DNA from: Mobula hypostoma
Taxonomy: Eukaryota
Direction: 5' to 3'
Assembly: GCF_963921235.1 (NCBI RefSeq)
Contig: NC_086097.1
Coordinates: 134,542,001-134,606,000 of the forward strand
Length of the DNA stretch: 64,000 nucleotides
The position numbers were made by a program, and so were the translations under genes. Positions 12,986 through 25,517 of the stretch are shown piece by piece. How positions within the stretch are numbered: position 1 is the stretch's first letter; the number at the start of each line of letters is the position of its first letter. The notes under the pieces are model-generated. The model was not told where the DNA came from. It did no database searches and worked only from the letters and a program-made list of their open reading frames with translations.

Positions 12986-14630
12986 CTAAATTTACTGTAT
13001 TCTGCCAGTACTTGATCCATATCCTTCCATTCCCTGCATATTCATATCTATCTAAAAGCCTCTTAAACACCACTTTCATTTCTGCTTCCACCACTACCTC
13101 TAGCAGCCTGTGTAACCACACTGTGTAAAAAAGCTTGCCCCACACATCACCCCTAAATTTTCCCCCTCTCACCTTAATTGCCCTCTGGGAAAAAGAATTG
13201 GACCATCTACTCTGTCAATACTTCTGTTGGTCTTCCTTCAGCCTCCAATGCTCAAGAGAAAACAGCCCAAGTTTGTATAACTTCTCTTTTACAGTTCATA
13301 CCCCCTAATCCAGGCAGCATTCTGATAAACCTCTTCTGTATCCTTTCCAAACCATTCAATCCTTCCTGTACTGGGGCACAAGAACTGATTGAGACTAAGG
13401 AAACAAGTAGCAGAGAAATCAGAATAGAAGACTGATGTGCAAAATAAATTTACCTGAATTTCCTTGACCTTTGCACCAAGAAAACCTTGCATTATTTTTG
13501 CTTTGGTACTCCCTTGCTTCCATCCACCTCAACTTTTACTTAATAAAGCAAAAGTACCCCCCCACCCAAGAAAGTACAGCATTTATTTAACAGGAAGTGT
13601 ACATTGTTCTATCAGCACATTGTTATAACAGCAAAACTGAAGTCTGTTTCAAAGTTCTTTTACTTTGGATTAAAGTTCCTTCAATTCATAACAGATATAT
13701 AACCTGATTTTTAACTATTTTTCAGACAAGAATTACAGCATGAAATGCAGACTTCACTCACTTGGCGCCATAAAATACCATGTAGATTTCACGGTATGTT
13801 TTTACAAATTTGCTTCATTTATACCATTTTCATCGGAACTCAAATGAAATATGCAATGATTTATCATCCATTAATTTTTAGCATTTTAGATGAGGTGCTA
13901 ATTAGTCACTAACAGAATTTTCACTTCGTTTACTATGCTAGGTGATAGCTTATCATTTAAATAAAACATATTTGGTGTAAATAAGTGTTATTAAATTCTT
14001 AACATCTGAAGCCACTCCAAATTAAAATCGTAAGATGCACTGTGGACAACTACATACATATTACCTATTCATTGTACACAAGGTCAAAAATAATACAAAA
14101 ACACAATGAAAGTTAGAACTATGTAAATCCTCAATGACTAGCAATCCAATGAGAATGTCTTGAAGACAGGACATGTCATTGAAGAGAGCTTCTTCCCCTC
14201 CACCATACTTCTGAATAGTTTCTGAAGCCATGGACACCACCTCACTATATTTGCTTTCTTTTTGTACTAATTTATTTTTAATATATTTCTTATTATAACT
14301 TGGTGTATTTTATGTATTGCACTATACTACTACTGCAAAACATCAAGTTTCACAACAGATGTCAATAATAATAAACCCAATTGTGAGGCACTGAGGCTAT
14401 ATATTAATCAGAAACCAGTTTACCCAGTAAAGGACCTATGACTTTGTCTTTATAGATATTTGAAAGCACACCACTATTAATTGGCTCCAATTGAACCTGA
14501 TTTACGTGTCCCAACTGGATTTGCTGGATATTCAACTGGATAAGTTCAAATGGTACAAATAACCATGATGAGCAAAAGTGCCATGGGTTTCCATTATTCA
14601 ATGCATGTGATTATTAACTACGTAAATAAG

Positions 14631-16059
14631 ATCAAGTCAAGTCAAGTCGCTTTTATTGTCATTTCCACCATCAACTGCTGGTACAGTACACAGTAAAAAC
14701 GAAACAACGTTCCTCCAGGACCATGGTGCTACATGAAACAACACAAAACTACACATAACTAAGTGAGACAACACAAGGCTGCACTAGACTACGTAAAACA
14801 ACACAGAAACTACACTAGACTACAGACCTACACAGAACTACATAAAGTGCACAAAACAGTGCAGGGCAGTACAATAAATAACAAACAAGACAATAGGCAC
14901 AGTAGAGGACAAATTACAATATAATAATAAATGATGTAGATGTCAGTCTAGTTTCTGGGTATTAAGGAGTCTGATGGCTTGGGGGAAAAAAACTGTTGCA
15001 CAGTCTGGTTGTGAGAGCCCAAATGCTTCGGTAACTTTTGCCAGATGACAGGAGGGAGAAAAGTTTGTATGAGGGGTGCGTGGGGACCTTCACAATGCTG
15101 TTGGCTTTACGGGTGCAGCGTGTGGTATAAATGTCTGTAATGGCGGGAAGAGAGGCCCCAATGATCTTCTCAACTGACCTCACTATCTGCTGCAGGGTCT
15201 TGTGATCCAATACAGTGCAATTCCTGAACCAGGCAGTGTTGCAGCTGCTCAGGATGCTCTCAGTACATCCTCTGGAGAATGTGATGAGGATGAGGGGTGG
15301 GAGATGGACTTTTCTCAGCCTTCGCGGAAAGTAAAGATGCTTTCTTGGCTATGGAGCTGGCGTTAAGGGACCGGGTGAGATTCTCTACCAAGTGAACAGC
15401 AAGAAATTTGGTGCTCTTAACAATCTCAATGGAGGAGCCGTCAATGTTCAGTGGAGGGTGGTCGCTCCATGCTCTCCTGAAGTCAACAACCATCTCTTTT
15501 CTTTTGTTAACATTCAAAGACAGGTTGTTGGCTCTGCACCAGTCCGTTAGCCACTGCACCTCCTCTCTGTATGCTGACTCATCGTTCTTGCTGATGAGAC
15601 CCACCACGGTCATGTCATCGGCGAACTTGATGATGTGGTTTGAGCTGTGTGTTGCAACACAGTCGTGGGTCAGCAGAGTGAACAGCAGTGGACTGAGCAC
15701 ACAGCCCTGGGTGGCCCCCATGCACAGTGTGATGGTGTCGGAGATGCTGCTTCCAATCTGGACTGACTGAGGTCTCCTAAGTCAGGAAGTCTAGGATCCA
15801 GCTGCAGAGGCCCAGCAGTTTCAGCTTTCCAATCAGTTTCTGAGGAATGATTGTGTTGAATGCTAAACTGAAGTCTATAAACAGCATTCGAACGTACGTG
15901 TCTTTTTTATCCAGGTGGGTGAGGGCCAGGTGGAGGGTGCTGGCGATGGCGTCATCTGTTGAGCAGTTGGGACGATACGCGAACTGCAGGGGGTCCAGTG
16001 AGGGGGGCAGCAGGGTCTTGATGTGCCTCATGACGAACCTCTCGAAACACTTCATGATG
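14631..16059 (-). mobile_element. Rex1/Babar-type LINE, 5'-truncated (RT domain to 3' tail)
   Basis: ORF pieces [10 protein letters not shown]...[11 protein letters not shown]...[16 protein letters not shown] and QGCVLSPLLFTLLTHDC...KFADD. (TGACT)n tail at ~14631-14648. Confidence 0.92.
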
Positions 16060-16979
16060 ATGAAGTGTTTCAAGAGATAGTTCAACACAATAGAAGCTTT
16101 AGTCCCTCAGAAAGATGTATTGAATAGATTCAGTGAAAGGATGACAACCACCTCCCCACTTGTTGGTGCTCTGCTGAAAACTTCACTTGAGGCCTCACAT
16201 GACTAAGTGCAACACACAAGCACAAGGACATGGATAGGGAAGATTTAGAGGAATAGAGGCTAAACACCGGCAAATGGGAAAAGCATTGATGAGCAGGTTG
16301 ATGGCCGTGGACAAACTGGGCTGAAGAGCCTGTGGCCATACTGTATTACTCTATTACACAATACTGTAAACCTTTTATTGTGAAACCTCCTCTCCACATC
16401 CACTCTATCTAGGCCTTTCAACATTCAATACCTCCTCATTCTTCTAAACTCCAGTGAGAACAGGCCAGAACACTCAAACGCTCCTCAAGTGTTAACCCTT
16501 TTATTCTGAGAATCATTCTTGTGAACCACTTCTGTACCATCTCCAATGCCAGCATATCCTTCCTTAGATAAGGAACTCAATACTGTTCACAATAATGTCC
16601 AGTATTCCTTTTATAAGCTGAGATGGATTGTTGGCAACCAGAACCCTGATCAAGCCTGTGCTATGGTTAGAAATAAGGAGGAGATGGCTTTAGTGCTTGA
16701 CAAGTTGGAGTTTTGAGGGAGGGTAGCAGTAATTGGGAATGAATTGATAAATTGCAGGTGGGTAGCTCTGGGGTACGGGAGATGGACATTTGCATTTGGG
16801 GGTTGGGTGATGCTGTTGTGGGGATACGCCATACAAAGCATTAAGATGAGTAGTTCACTTACCTGCAGATGTCCTAATCCAGTATTAAGCTGGGAAGCCT
16901 TGGGAGTGCCCAGTAACAGGTGTTGATGAGCAATATTGTTTTCATTTCCCTGTATACAGGAGCATTCCATGAGGAATAA

Positions 16980-18660
16980 TGTCAGCCCTACCAGGCAATA
17001 AAATTTGGGCGCAAGAGTAAATCATGGAAGGAATTTCATCTTTTCTTTCATTATGTCTTTTTTAGTTGCCTTCTGCTGGTTTTTAAAAGGTTCCAGATCC
17101 TCTATTTTCCCACTAATTTTGCTATATTATATGCCCACTCTTTTGCTGTTATGCTGTCTTTGACTTCCCTTGTCATCCTCCCTTTAGAATACTTCTCCTT
17201 TGGGATGTATCCTTCCTGAACCTTACGAACTGCTCCCAGAAACTGTTCTATTTACTGAAAAAGCCCTTCTGGCCCTTTGAGTCGCACCACCCAGCAACTC
17301 CCGATTTAACCCTAGTCTAGACACCCGACAATTTACAACGACCAATTAACCTACTAACCTGTACACCTTTGGACTGTAGGAGGGAACCAAAGCTTCCGAC
17401 AAAAACCCACGCATTCCACAGGGAGGACAGAAAACTCCGTCACAAAGGACTGAGCTCTGACACCCTGAGCTGTAATAGTGTCGTGTCAACTGCTATGCCC
17501 ACTCGCTGTCATCTTACTTGGTTCCCCTTCCAATCAACTTTATCCAAGTCCTCTCTCATGCCTCTGTAATTCCCTTTACTCCATTGTAATACTGATACAT
17601 CTGACTTTAGCTTCTCCCTCTCAAACTGCAGGGTGAATTTTATCATATTATGATCACTGCCTCCTAATCAAATCTGGTTCATTACACAACAGTCAATCCA
17701 GAACTAATTTTTTTCCAAGTGGGTTCAACCAAGATGCTCTAAAAATCCACCTTGTAGGCTTTCTAAAAATTCCCTTTTGTGATTCAGAACCAATCTGATC
17801 TTCCCAATCTACTTGCATATTGAGATCCCAATGATTATCATAGCATTGCCTTTATTACATGATTTTTCTATCTCCCTTTGTAATTTGTATCCTACATCCT
17901 GGCTACAGTTTGGAGGTTGTATATAATTCCTTCAGTTTTGTCTCCATGTTACAATTTAACTCACCCTACTGACTGTAATTTTGCCCTATCATCTGTCTGT
18001 CCTTCCTTACAGTCTCACTACATGCTCCATCTACTTGTAAACCAACTGCCCCATGATCAGCCTTATCACTCCAGTTCCCATCCTCCTGCCAAATTAGCTT
18101 GAACCACCCCCACAACTCTAGCAAACCTACCTGCTAGGATATTGGTGTCCCTCGAGTTCAAGTGTAATCTGTCCTTTTTGTGGAGGCCATATCTTCCCCA
18201 GAAGAGATCGCAATGATCCAGAAATTCCTCTGCACTAGTTGCCTATTCCTTTTCCCTCTCCTGACAGTCACCTAGCTACCAGCCTCCTGTGACTTAAGGG
18301 TGACAACTTCCCTGCCACTCCTAACTATCATCTCCTCACTCTCTGGTATAAACTGAAGGTCATACAGCTGCAGCTCAATGCACTTCGTGGAGATGAAGTT
18401 ATTAGAGAGACTGCAGGTCTCTAGAATTCCCATATCTCACACAAAAAAACATACCACTCACCCTGGCTCTATTCTCAGCACACTAGCTACATACTAAAAG
18501 ACAGAGAAAAAGGGAAAAAAAAAATTAATATAAATTTACTTAGAGCTTCTGCCTGTACTCAACAAAGACTCCCACTCTAACCCTGGTCCACTCTAACAAC
18601 AGCCACTCCACTTAGATTTCACTTCTTTTTATCAGCCCTTGCTAAATTACCAATAACCCA
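16980..18660 (-). mobile_element. Decayed CR1-type LINE (5' part / endonuclease region)
   Basis: Minus-strand remnants of CR1 endonuclease/linker coding sequence, e.g. SDHNMIKFTLQFEREKLKSDVSVLQWSKGNYRGMREDL. Many deletions. Confidence 0.7.
17245..17510 (-). mobile_element. tRNA-derived V-domain SINE (HE1-like) inserted in the CR1 copy
   Basis: Minus strand has a tRNA-like head, then gcgtgggtttt...ggttccctcctacagtccaaagg...ggttagtaggttaattggtc (V-SINE core) and a CR1-like tail. Confidence 0.65.
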
Positions 18661-18709
18661 AGCGACCTCCCACTCCGCAGACAAGGCCCAAAATGCCCCG
18701 CTTGCTATA

Positions 18710-19165
18710 GACGCACAACATTGAACAGCTCAGCACCAGAACAAGCCCTTCAGCTCACAGTATCTGTGCCAAACATAAGGTCAAATTAAACTAAATCTCT
18801 TCAACCTGCACATCATCCTATCCCTCCCTACTCTACATATGCATGTATCCATACAAACCTCTTAAATGCCACAATTGTATCTGCTTCCAGTACCCCTGAC
18901 AGCCCACTCCATGTACTTCCTGCTTTTTCTGTAAGTAGAAACCTATCCCGCACTTCTCCTTTTAAACTTCCCCCTCTCACCTTAAGTACTTGTCCTCTTG
19001 TATTTGAGATTTTTATCCTTGGAAAACAACCATCCTACTCTGTGTAAGCCCCCGTAAGTTGATAAAGCTTCTATCAGCTCTCTCCTCAGTTTCTAATACT
19101 CCGGGGAAAACATCCCAAGTTTGTCCATCCTCTCCTTAAAGCTCATACTCTCTCATCCTGGCAGA
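18710..19165 (-). mobile_element. CR1-type LINE 3' fragment
   Basis: Reverse complement of the CR1 3'UTR (tttaaacttcccctctcaccttaa, ggcccttcagc-type tail region). Confidence 0.65.
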
Positions 19166-19310
19166 TCTCCTCTGTATTTTCACTTTCTAAACTGCATGAA
19201 GTCTAAAAAGCAGCTCAGTGATACGATGCGTCTCCAGGCTGGGTGGTGTTCTGCACTTTGTGATCATACCCTATCTATTAAGATGGCAGCAAACATGCTT
19301 AGATTTTTTT

Positions 19311-19700
19311 TGAACTGAATTGAATTGATTTTATTTCTTACATCCTTCACATACATCAGGAGTAAAAGCTTTATGTTACGTCTCCTTTAAATGCTCAATG
19401 TGCAATTTATAGTAATTTGGACTAAATATTATGTACAACAGGACAGTCAGTATGGCATAAATACAATTGAAGTAGCGTGAATTAATCAGTCTGATGGCCT
19501 GGTGGCAGAAGCTGTCCCGGAGCCTATTGGTCCAGGCTTTTAAGCAGCAGTACCGTTTCCTGGATGGTAGCAGCTGGAACAGTTTGTGGTTGGGGTAACT
19601 CGGGTCCCCAATGATCCTTTGGGCCCCTTTTACACACTTTTCTCTGTAAGTGTCTCTCTGTAGAAGAGAGCTCACATATACTAATGGGCAACTGATTCTC
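19311..19700 (-). mobile_element. Rex1/Babar 3' end, same family as 45248-46970
   Basis: (TTCAA)n tail and RIIGDPSYPNHKLFQLLPS...TNRLRDSFCHQAIRLINSR, highly similar to ORF 45405-45863. Confidence 0.85.
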
Positions 19701-20489
19701 CATCAACCACCACTAATAAAAGGCAAATTCACTCAGATTACTTGTTCGCATCTAACGATAAAGGTTCAGTCCCCACATTTATATTCTGCATAAAAATAAT
19801 GACATAATGAGTTTAATTGTATTTTAATCACCTGTACCTTTGACGGTTCCAGTGCAAAATGGCTCCAGTGAAATCATTTAAATATTTTTCCACAGTGCTT
19901 AGCCCCAAACATCAGGTTTTTAAAACATCAATTAATATTAAGCTGTGGAAACTGATTCTCAAAGGAAAAAAAACAAAACAAAACTACAAGAAAAATAACA
20001 AATTTACCTCATTCCCCATGACAGTATGGAAACTGCTTATTAAGAAAGAGCATTTTCCTGTAAGACACACTAAATCTAAAATATTAAATTAGGTACATTT
20101 TTCTGTATAATTTTACAAATAATTTTTAAAACAGTGAATATATACTATTTGCTGCATTAATAAAATATTTGCCGTGGAGAGATTGAAGCTGAAACAAAGG
20201 GAAAAAAATGATTTACTTCCCCATCTGTCACTGCACAAATGGTGTTTTTAGAGAAAAGTTTAAATACATCTTCTCCCTGGTGACTGTTTTAAACTCTCAG
20301 AATTTAAAACTCTTTAGTACTTCCAGCTCAATTATAATTCACAGAATCTTGCAGAGGTAAGCCATTTAGCCCATCCAGTTGGTGACACACTGAGAAAGAG
20401 AAGGAGATAATGCTTTAAATCTACATAGAGCCTTTCACAGTTCTCAAAGAGCATAAATGCTTCACAGCCAGTGCAGTACTTTTGAAGGA

Positions 20490-20685
20490 AAAAACTGCTG
20501 AAAATACTCAACAGGCAGCATCTATGGAGGGAAATGTGTGAACGGTCTTGATTCAAAATATCAGTTGTCCAATTCCCTTCACAAATACTGTCTGACCACC
20601 CCCCACCCCCACCCCCACCCCCACCCCGAGTTCTTCCAGAGATTTTTGCTCAAGATTCCAGCATTTGCAATCACTTTGTCTCTAC
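20490..20685. mobile_element. Inverted pair of Penelope-like terminal repeats with an internal (CCCCCA)n tract
   Basis: aactgctgaaaatactcaacaggcagcatctatgg (minus) facing gagttcttccag...gattccagcatttgca (plus). Confidence 0.6.
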
Positions 20686-20695
20686 TATTTAGGTG

Positions 20696-22253
20696 CAGGT
20701 GTCCCCCGCTTTTTGAACGCTCGCTTTACGAAACCTCACTGTTACGAAAGACCTTCATTAGTACCCTGTTTTCGCTTTCAGAAGGTGTTTTCACTGTTAC
20801 GAAAAAAAATTCAGCGCACGAAAAAATCAGCGCGTGATAAAAGGCAGAGGGCAGCCCGAGCAGCCGCTCTCCCCCGGATTCGGAACGGCATTGCTTAAAC
20901 ACGAGCCTGTGAGCAGCCGTTTGCAAGATGAGTTCTATGGTATTGGAAAAGCCTGAAAGAGCTTGTAAGGGTGTTACACTTACGGTAAAACTAGACATAA
21001 TTAAGCGTTTTGATCGTGGTGAACGAAGTAAGGACAACGTGAGTTTGGCTTGTGGAAGCTGACGAACATGATGTTGAAGAGGTTTTGGCATCCCATCACC
21101 AAGAACTGACAGATGAAGAGCTGATGCAATTGGAAGAAAAAGGGATAACAATCGAAACCGAATGAGTAATGATAAAGTATGACTTTAATTTTGAAAGGAG
21201 ATATTTGCAGGATGGTTTGAGTCCTTATTAGAGAACTGTATGATAGAAAAATGCGCGCGGTTCAGCAGTCAAGTAAGCCTTCCACATCAGCCACAGCAGA
21301 CTACGAACCTCGACCTTCGACATCGAGGTGGGCAGAGATAGAAGAAGATGAGCTGCCTGCTCTAATGGAAACAGACGACGAGATGACACACCAGTGTCCC
21401 ACCACCCCAACCCCCAGGCCACGGGCAGATACCAATTCACGGAGAATGCAAAGGTAGCCGGGACGCACACAGCACATCTTTAAGAAAAAAGCCGAAATAA
21501 ACATGCTAATTAATTAGGTGCCGCCGACATGTAATTGTCAGCCCAGATCAGAGACGACGCAATCGGAAATCGGCACTGATCTGGGCCGACAACTACATGT
21601 CGGGCAGCACCTAATTAATTAGCTTGTTTATTTCGGCTTTTTTCTTAAAGATGTGCTGTGTACCTCCCGGCTACCGCTGGACCCCTGCATGCTTCGCGGC
21701 AATGTATCGCTCGGCGGCCCGGAAGGTGGGGCCACTGCACCACCCAAACTCCAACTCAGCCTAACACACCATCATCCGTGTGCTCGGCGCTGTCTTCCCG
21801 ATTCCCGTAAGTGATACTACACTGTACATACATTATTTCTACTTTATATCAGCTGTGTATTTTTACGTGTTATTTGGTATGATTTGGCAGCTTCATAGCT
21901 TAAAGGTTACTGGAGGGAGTGTTTTTGCCAACAGCGCTTGCGTGAGATTTTCTGCTGACGGCGCTTGCGTGAGATTTTCGCTATGGAGAACAGTTCAGTA
22001 ATGATTGTGGAAAAGTATTTCTACTTTATATAGGCTGTGTATTTATCATATCATTCCTGCTTTTACTATATGTTACCGTTATTTTAGGTTTTATGTGTTA
22101 TTTGGCATGATTTGGTAGGTTATTTTTGGGTTTGCGAATGCTCACAAAATTTTCCCATATAAATAAATGGTAATTGTTTCTTTGCTTTACGACATTTCAG
22201 CTTACGAACCGTTTCATAGGAACGCTCTACCTTCGGATGGCAGGGGAAACCTG
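20696..22253 (+). mobile_element. Internally deleted Tigger/pogo-type DNA transposon
   Basis: Imperfect TIRs CAGGTGTCCCCCGC / GCAGGGGAAACCTG, with TA on the right and TG on the left. ATG 20928 gives KGVTLTVKLDIIKRFDRGERSKD (CENP-B-type HTH), joined directly to the acidic C-terminal DVEEVLASHHQELTDEELMQLEE. No DDD domain. Confidence 0.85.
21453..21675. repeat. Long palindrome: ~99-bp arms, ~24-nt spacer
   Basis: 21453-21551 (ggtagccggga...cagcacatctttaagaaaaaagccgaaataaaca...cccagatcag) is the near-exact reverse complement of 21576-21675. Confidence 0.95.
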
Positions 22254-22503
22254 TATTGCAAAGTAGGAAACTACCAATTCACAGACAGGATATCACCGAG
22301 ATAATTATCTATTTTAGTGGTATTGGCCAAGAGAGAAATATTGCTAAGACATCCTGGTTCCTTTAGCATGTGACTTAAAAACTAAGGCTATCATCTATAG
22401 TGAGCACTTTTTAAAAAATCACATAGGTCAGTTTTGAAGAAAAACAATGAGTTCGGAGAATATTTCTCCACCAGCCAATAGCTGAAAAAACAACTATCTG
22501 ACC

Positions 22504-22770
22504 AGAATCAGAATCAGGTTTATCATCACTAACATATATCATGAAATTGGTTGATTTTTGGTAGCAATATAGTGCAATACATAAAAAAACAATTGAGTTA
22601 CAGTAAGAAATTTTTAAAAATTAAAAAGTAGTGCAAAAAGAGAATAAAAGGTGAGGTAGTGTTCATGAGTTCATAGTGCATTCAGAAATCTGATGATGGA
22701 GGGGAAGATGATGTTCCCACAATATTGAGTATGTGTCTTCAGGCTCCTGTCTATCCTCCCTGATGCTTGA
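22504..22770 (-). mobile_element. Rex1/Babar-type 3' fragment
   Basis: (TTCTGA)n tail and 3'UTR shared with the copies at 33282 and 34262. Confidence 0.65.
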
Positions 22771-23829
22771 GAGCTCACTATGCATAATTTGACTGTTATG
22801 TTTCTTGTTTTACAGGAGTTGCAAAGTACTTGAATGCCTCCAGTGTTTTGGGAGATGTTTCTCCAGTGTTTATTTTTCCACTCACATTTGGAAGCTCATT
22901 TTGCATCTTATCCAAGTTCAACTGAGTTTTCTTGGTGAAAAAGATTTAATTGCTGGATTTGTGGTGACGTACAAATGTGAAGAGGTAAAGGAACTGTCGA
23001 TGTTTTGTGTTAAAAATCTTATAATGGTGCTGATGCAGCGTTTCGACCTCACAGTTGCTGTCTGAGCTAGTTACTATTAATTGCCAGATGGCCTATGTTA
23101 TGCATTTCTGGCTCTATTTTTTTCAGAAACACTTCTGCAATCAAAACCCACAAATCTTTCGACAGATAGCCATCGCCGATGGTCAAATTGTTCCAAACAT
23201 TTAGTAGAGTCATAGAGCAAAACAGCACGGATACAGGCCCTCAAGCCCAAACAGTCCATGCCAACCACATTGTCCATTCAATTTCCTGCATTGGGCCATG
23301 CCCCTCCAAGCCCTAGCACTGTGCACCTATTCGAGTGCCTCTTGCTGCAACCAGTTCCTTTGTCAGCTCATTCTATACACACATCACCCTTTGAGAGGAA
23401 AAAGTTACCCCCCTCAGCTCCCTTTAAAATTTTTCCCCTCTCATCCTAATTATGTCCCCTAGTTTTGGATTCACCTATCCTAGGAGAAGATTGTTATCAT
23501 CCTGTAATACATACATTTAGTCAAAAAATATATTTAAAAGATCAGGAGGGAAGAGACAATACTTAGATACAAGACTAGAGAAAACTGTGTGTTTAGTGAT
23601 TGTATACAGTACTCCAAGATGATATGGTAGCCCTGGTTGTCAAACTCAGTTCTACTGCAAAGGATTTCTACCAGATCTGTGATGATCAAGTGTGATTGCA
23701 CATGCGCCATAAATGAACAACAGAAGTGGGCCATTAGGATTCGAATAAGACAAATGTTAAGAAAATCAATTCCATTTAAAATCACAGCCACAGTGAAACT
23801 GAAATAAAACTTAATATGAAACTAAAACC

Positions 23830-25500
23830 ACTATTAATCAGAGACAATATCACAGCTGCACTCAGAGGGGACATAATGGATGGCTCAACCACCGAGTCTA
23901 TATGGGTAGAACTCAAAAAACATGAAAAATGCGCTCAATATGATAACTGACTTCCCAGTAACCATGGGACATTGAGAAACAGGTGTGCAGGCAGATTACG
24001 GAAAGGTGCGAAGTCAATAGGGTTGTTGCAGTGGATGACCAGCTTCCCAAATGCAGACTAGGACCCTCCTTAGTGTAAGTGGTTTAATCAGGGCAGAATT
24101 TGTTCAGTGCATCCGAAAGGGTTTTTTACATCATTAAATAGGTAGTCTAACAAGAAGAACAAACATACTGGACTTGGTGTTGCGTAATGAGCCTAGCCAG
24201 GTTACTGCCTTTCAGTGGGAGAAGAGTTAGAGAACAGTGATCACAAATCTTGACGTTTTAAGCTGTAGATAGTATGGATTTTGCAGAAGAGTATTAAATT
24301 GCAGCAGGACAAATTATGAGACCATTAGGCAGGAACTAAGGAAAGTTAAGTGGGAACATGTGTTTTAGCGCAAGTCTACATTTGACATGTGGAGGAATTT
24401 TAAAGAAAAAACTGCACAGAGTACAGGACAGATATCTTCCAGTAAAGAGGATCGACAAGGACGGTAAGGTAAGAGAATTCTGGACATCAAGAGATGGTGA
24501 ATTTAGTCAAGAAGAGAAATGAAATGTATGTAAAAGCTAAAATCAAACAAAGCCCTTGGGGATTACAAAGAAGCCAGAAAAGAGCTCAAGAAAAGGATTA
24601 AGAAAGCCAGCAGGGGTCATGAAACGTCCTTGACAAGTATAATTAAGGAGATCCAAAGTATTCTAAACATACATCAAGAGCACAAAGACAACTAGAGAGC
24701 ATGTAGGGCCGCTTAAAGATAAAGGAGAGAAGATGTGCTTGGAAGCAGTCCTAAATGAGTAATTTCCATCAGTTTTTACCAAGCAGAAGGAATGAGTTCA
24801 AGAGTCAGTAAGTTATGGTGCAGCTTTATAAAACTCCACTTAGGTTGCATCCATAGCATTATGTTCAATTCTGGTCGCTCCATTGTAAGAGGCTTTGGAG
24901 AGGGTGCAGAAGAGGTTTATCAGGACATGTGCCTAGATCGGAGGGCATGCGCTATAAGCAAAGGTTGAACAAGCTTGGATTGTTTTCTCTGCAACTGCAC
25001 AGGCTGAGAGGAAATTTGATAGTGGTTTATAAGATTATGAAGCATAAATGGAGGAGACTGCCAGTATCTTTTTCTCAAGGTTGAAATCCCTATTATCAGA
25101 AGGCATGCATTCATGGTGAGAGGGTGCAAATTCAAAGGAGCTGTGTGGAGCAAGTTGTTTTAAATTGGAATTAGAATTGGTTTACAATTGTCACATGTAC
25201 TGAGATACAGTGAAAAGCTGAATACTGTTTATACCAATCTAATCGTTGCACAATGAATTGAGATAGAACAAAGTGAAAAATTAACAATGCCAAATAAACT
25301 GTAGCAGCTATAAAGGCATAGTAGGTAATTTCAGAAGGTTTATGTGTTCTGTACACAGACAGTGGTGAGTGCCTGGAATGCACTGCCAGAGGTGACGGTG
25401 GAGGCACATACAATAGAGCTGTTCACGAGGTTCTTATTTGAGCACATGACTATATAGGACGTGGAAGGGTGATGATGAGTTGGATGATAGAAAGAGATAA
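23830..25500 (+). mobile_element. Decayed, internally deleted CR1-type LINE
   Basis: Endonuclease remnants (ESIWVEL, ILDLVLRNEP, SDH), linker, then a jump to the ORF2 end/3'UTR. Confidence 0.7.
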
Positions 25501-25517
25501 AGAGCCTATGATATAGT

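Noticed and set aside
14740..14850. Short ACTACAC/AGACTAC repeats that could mimic a spacer array
   Set aside because: Irregular low-complexity repeats in a Rex LINE 3'UTR; eukaryotic context, no CRISPR structure and no cas genes.
17440..17510. tRNA-like sequence (also near 55380-55445 and 61900-61970)
   Set aside because: Decayed SINE heads, not cloverleaf-competent tRNA genes.
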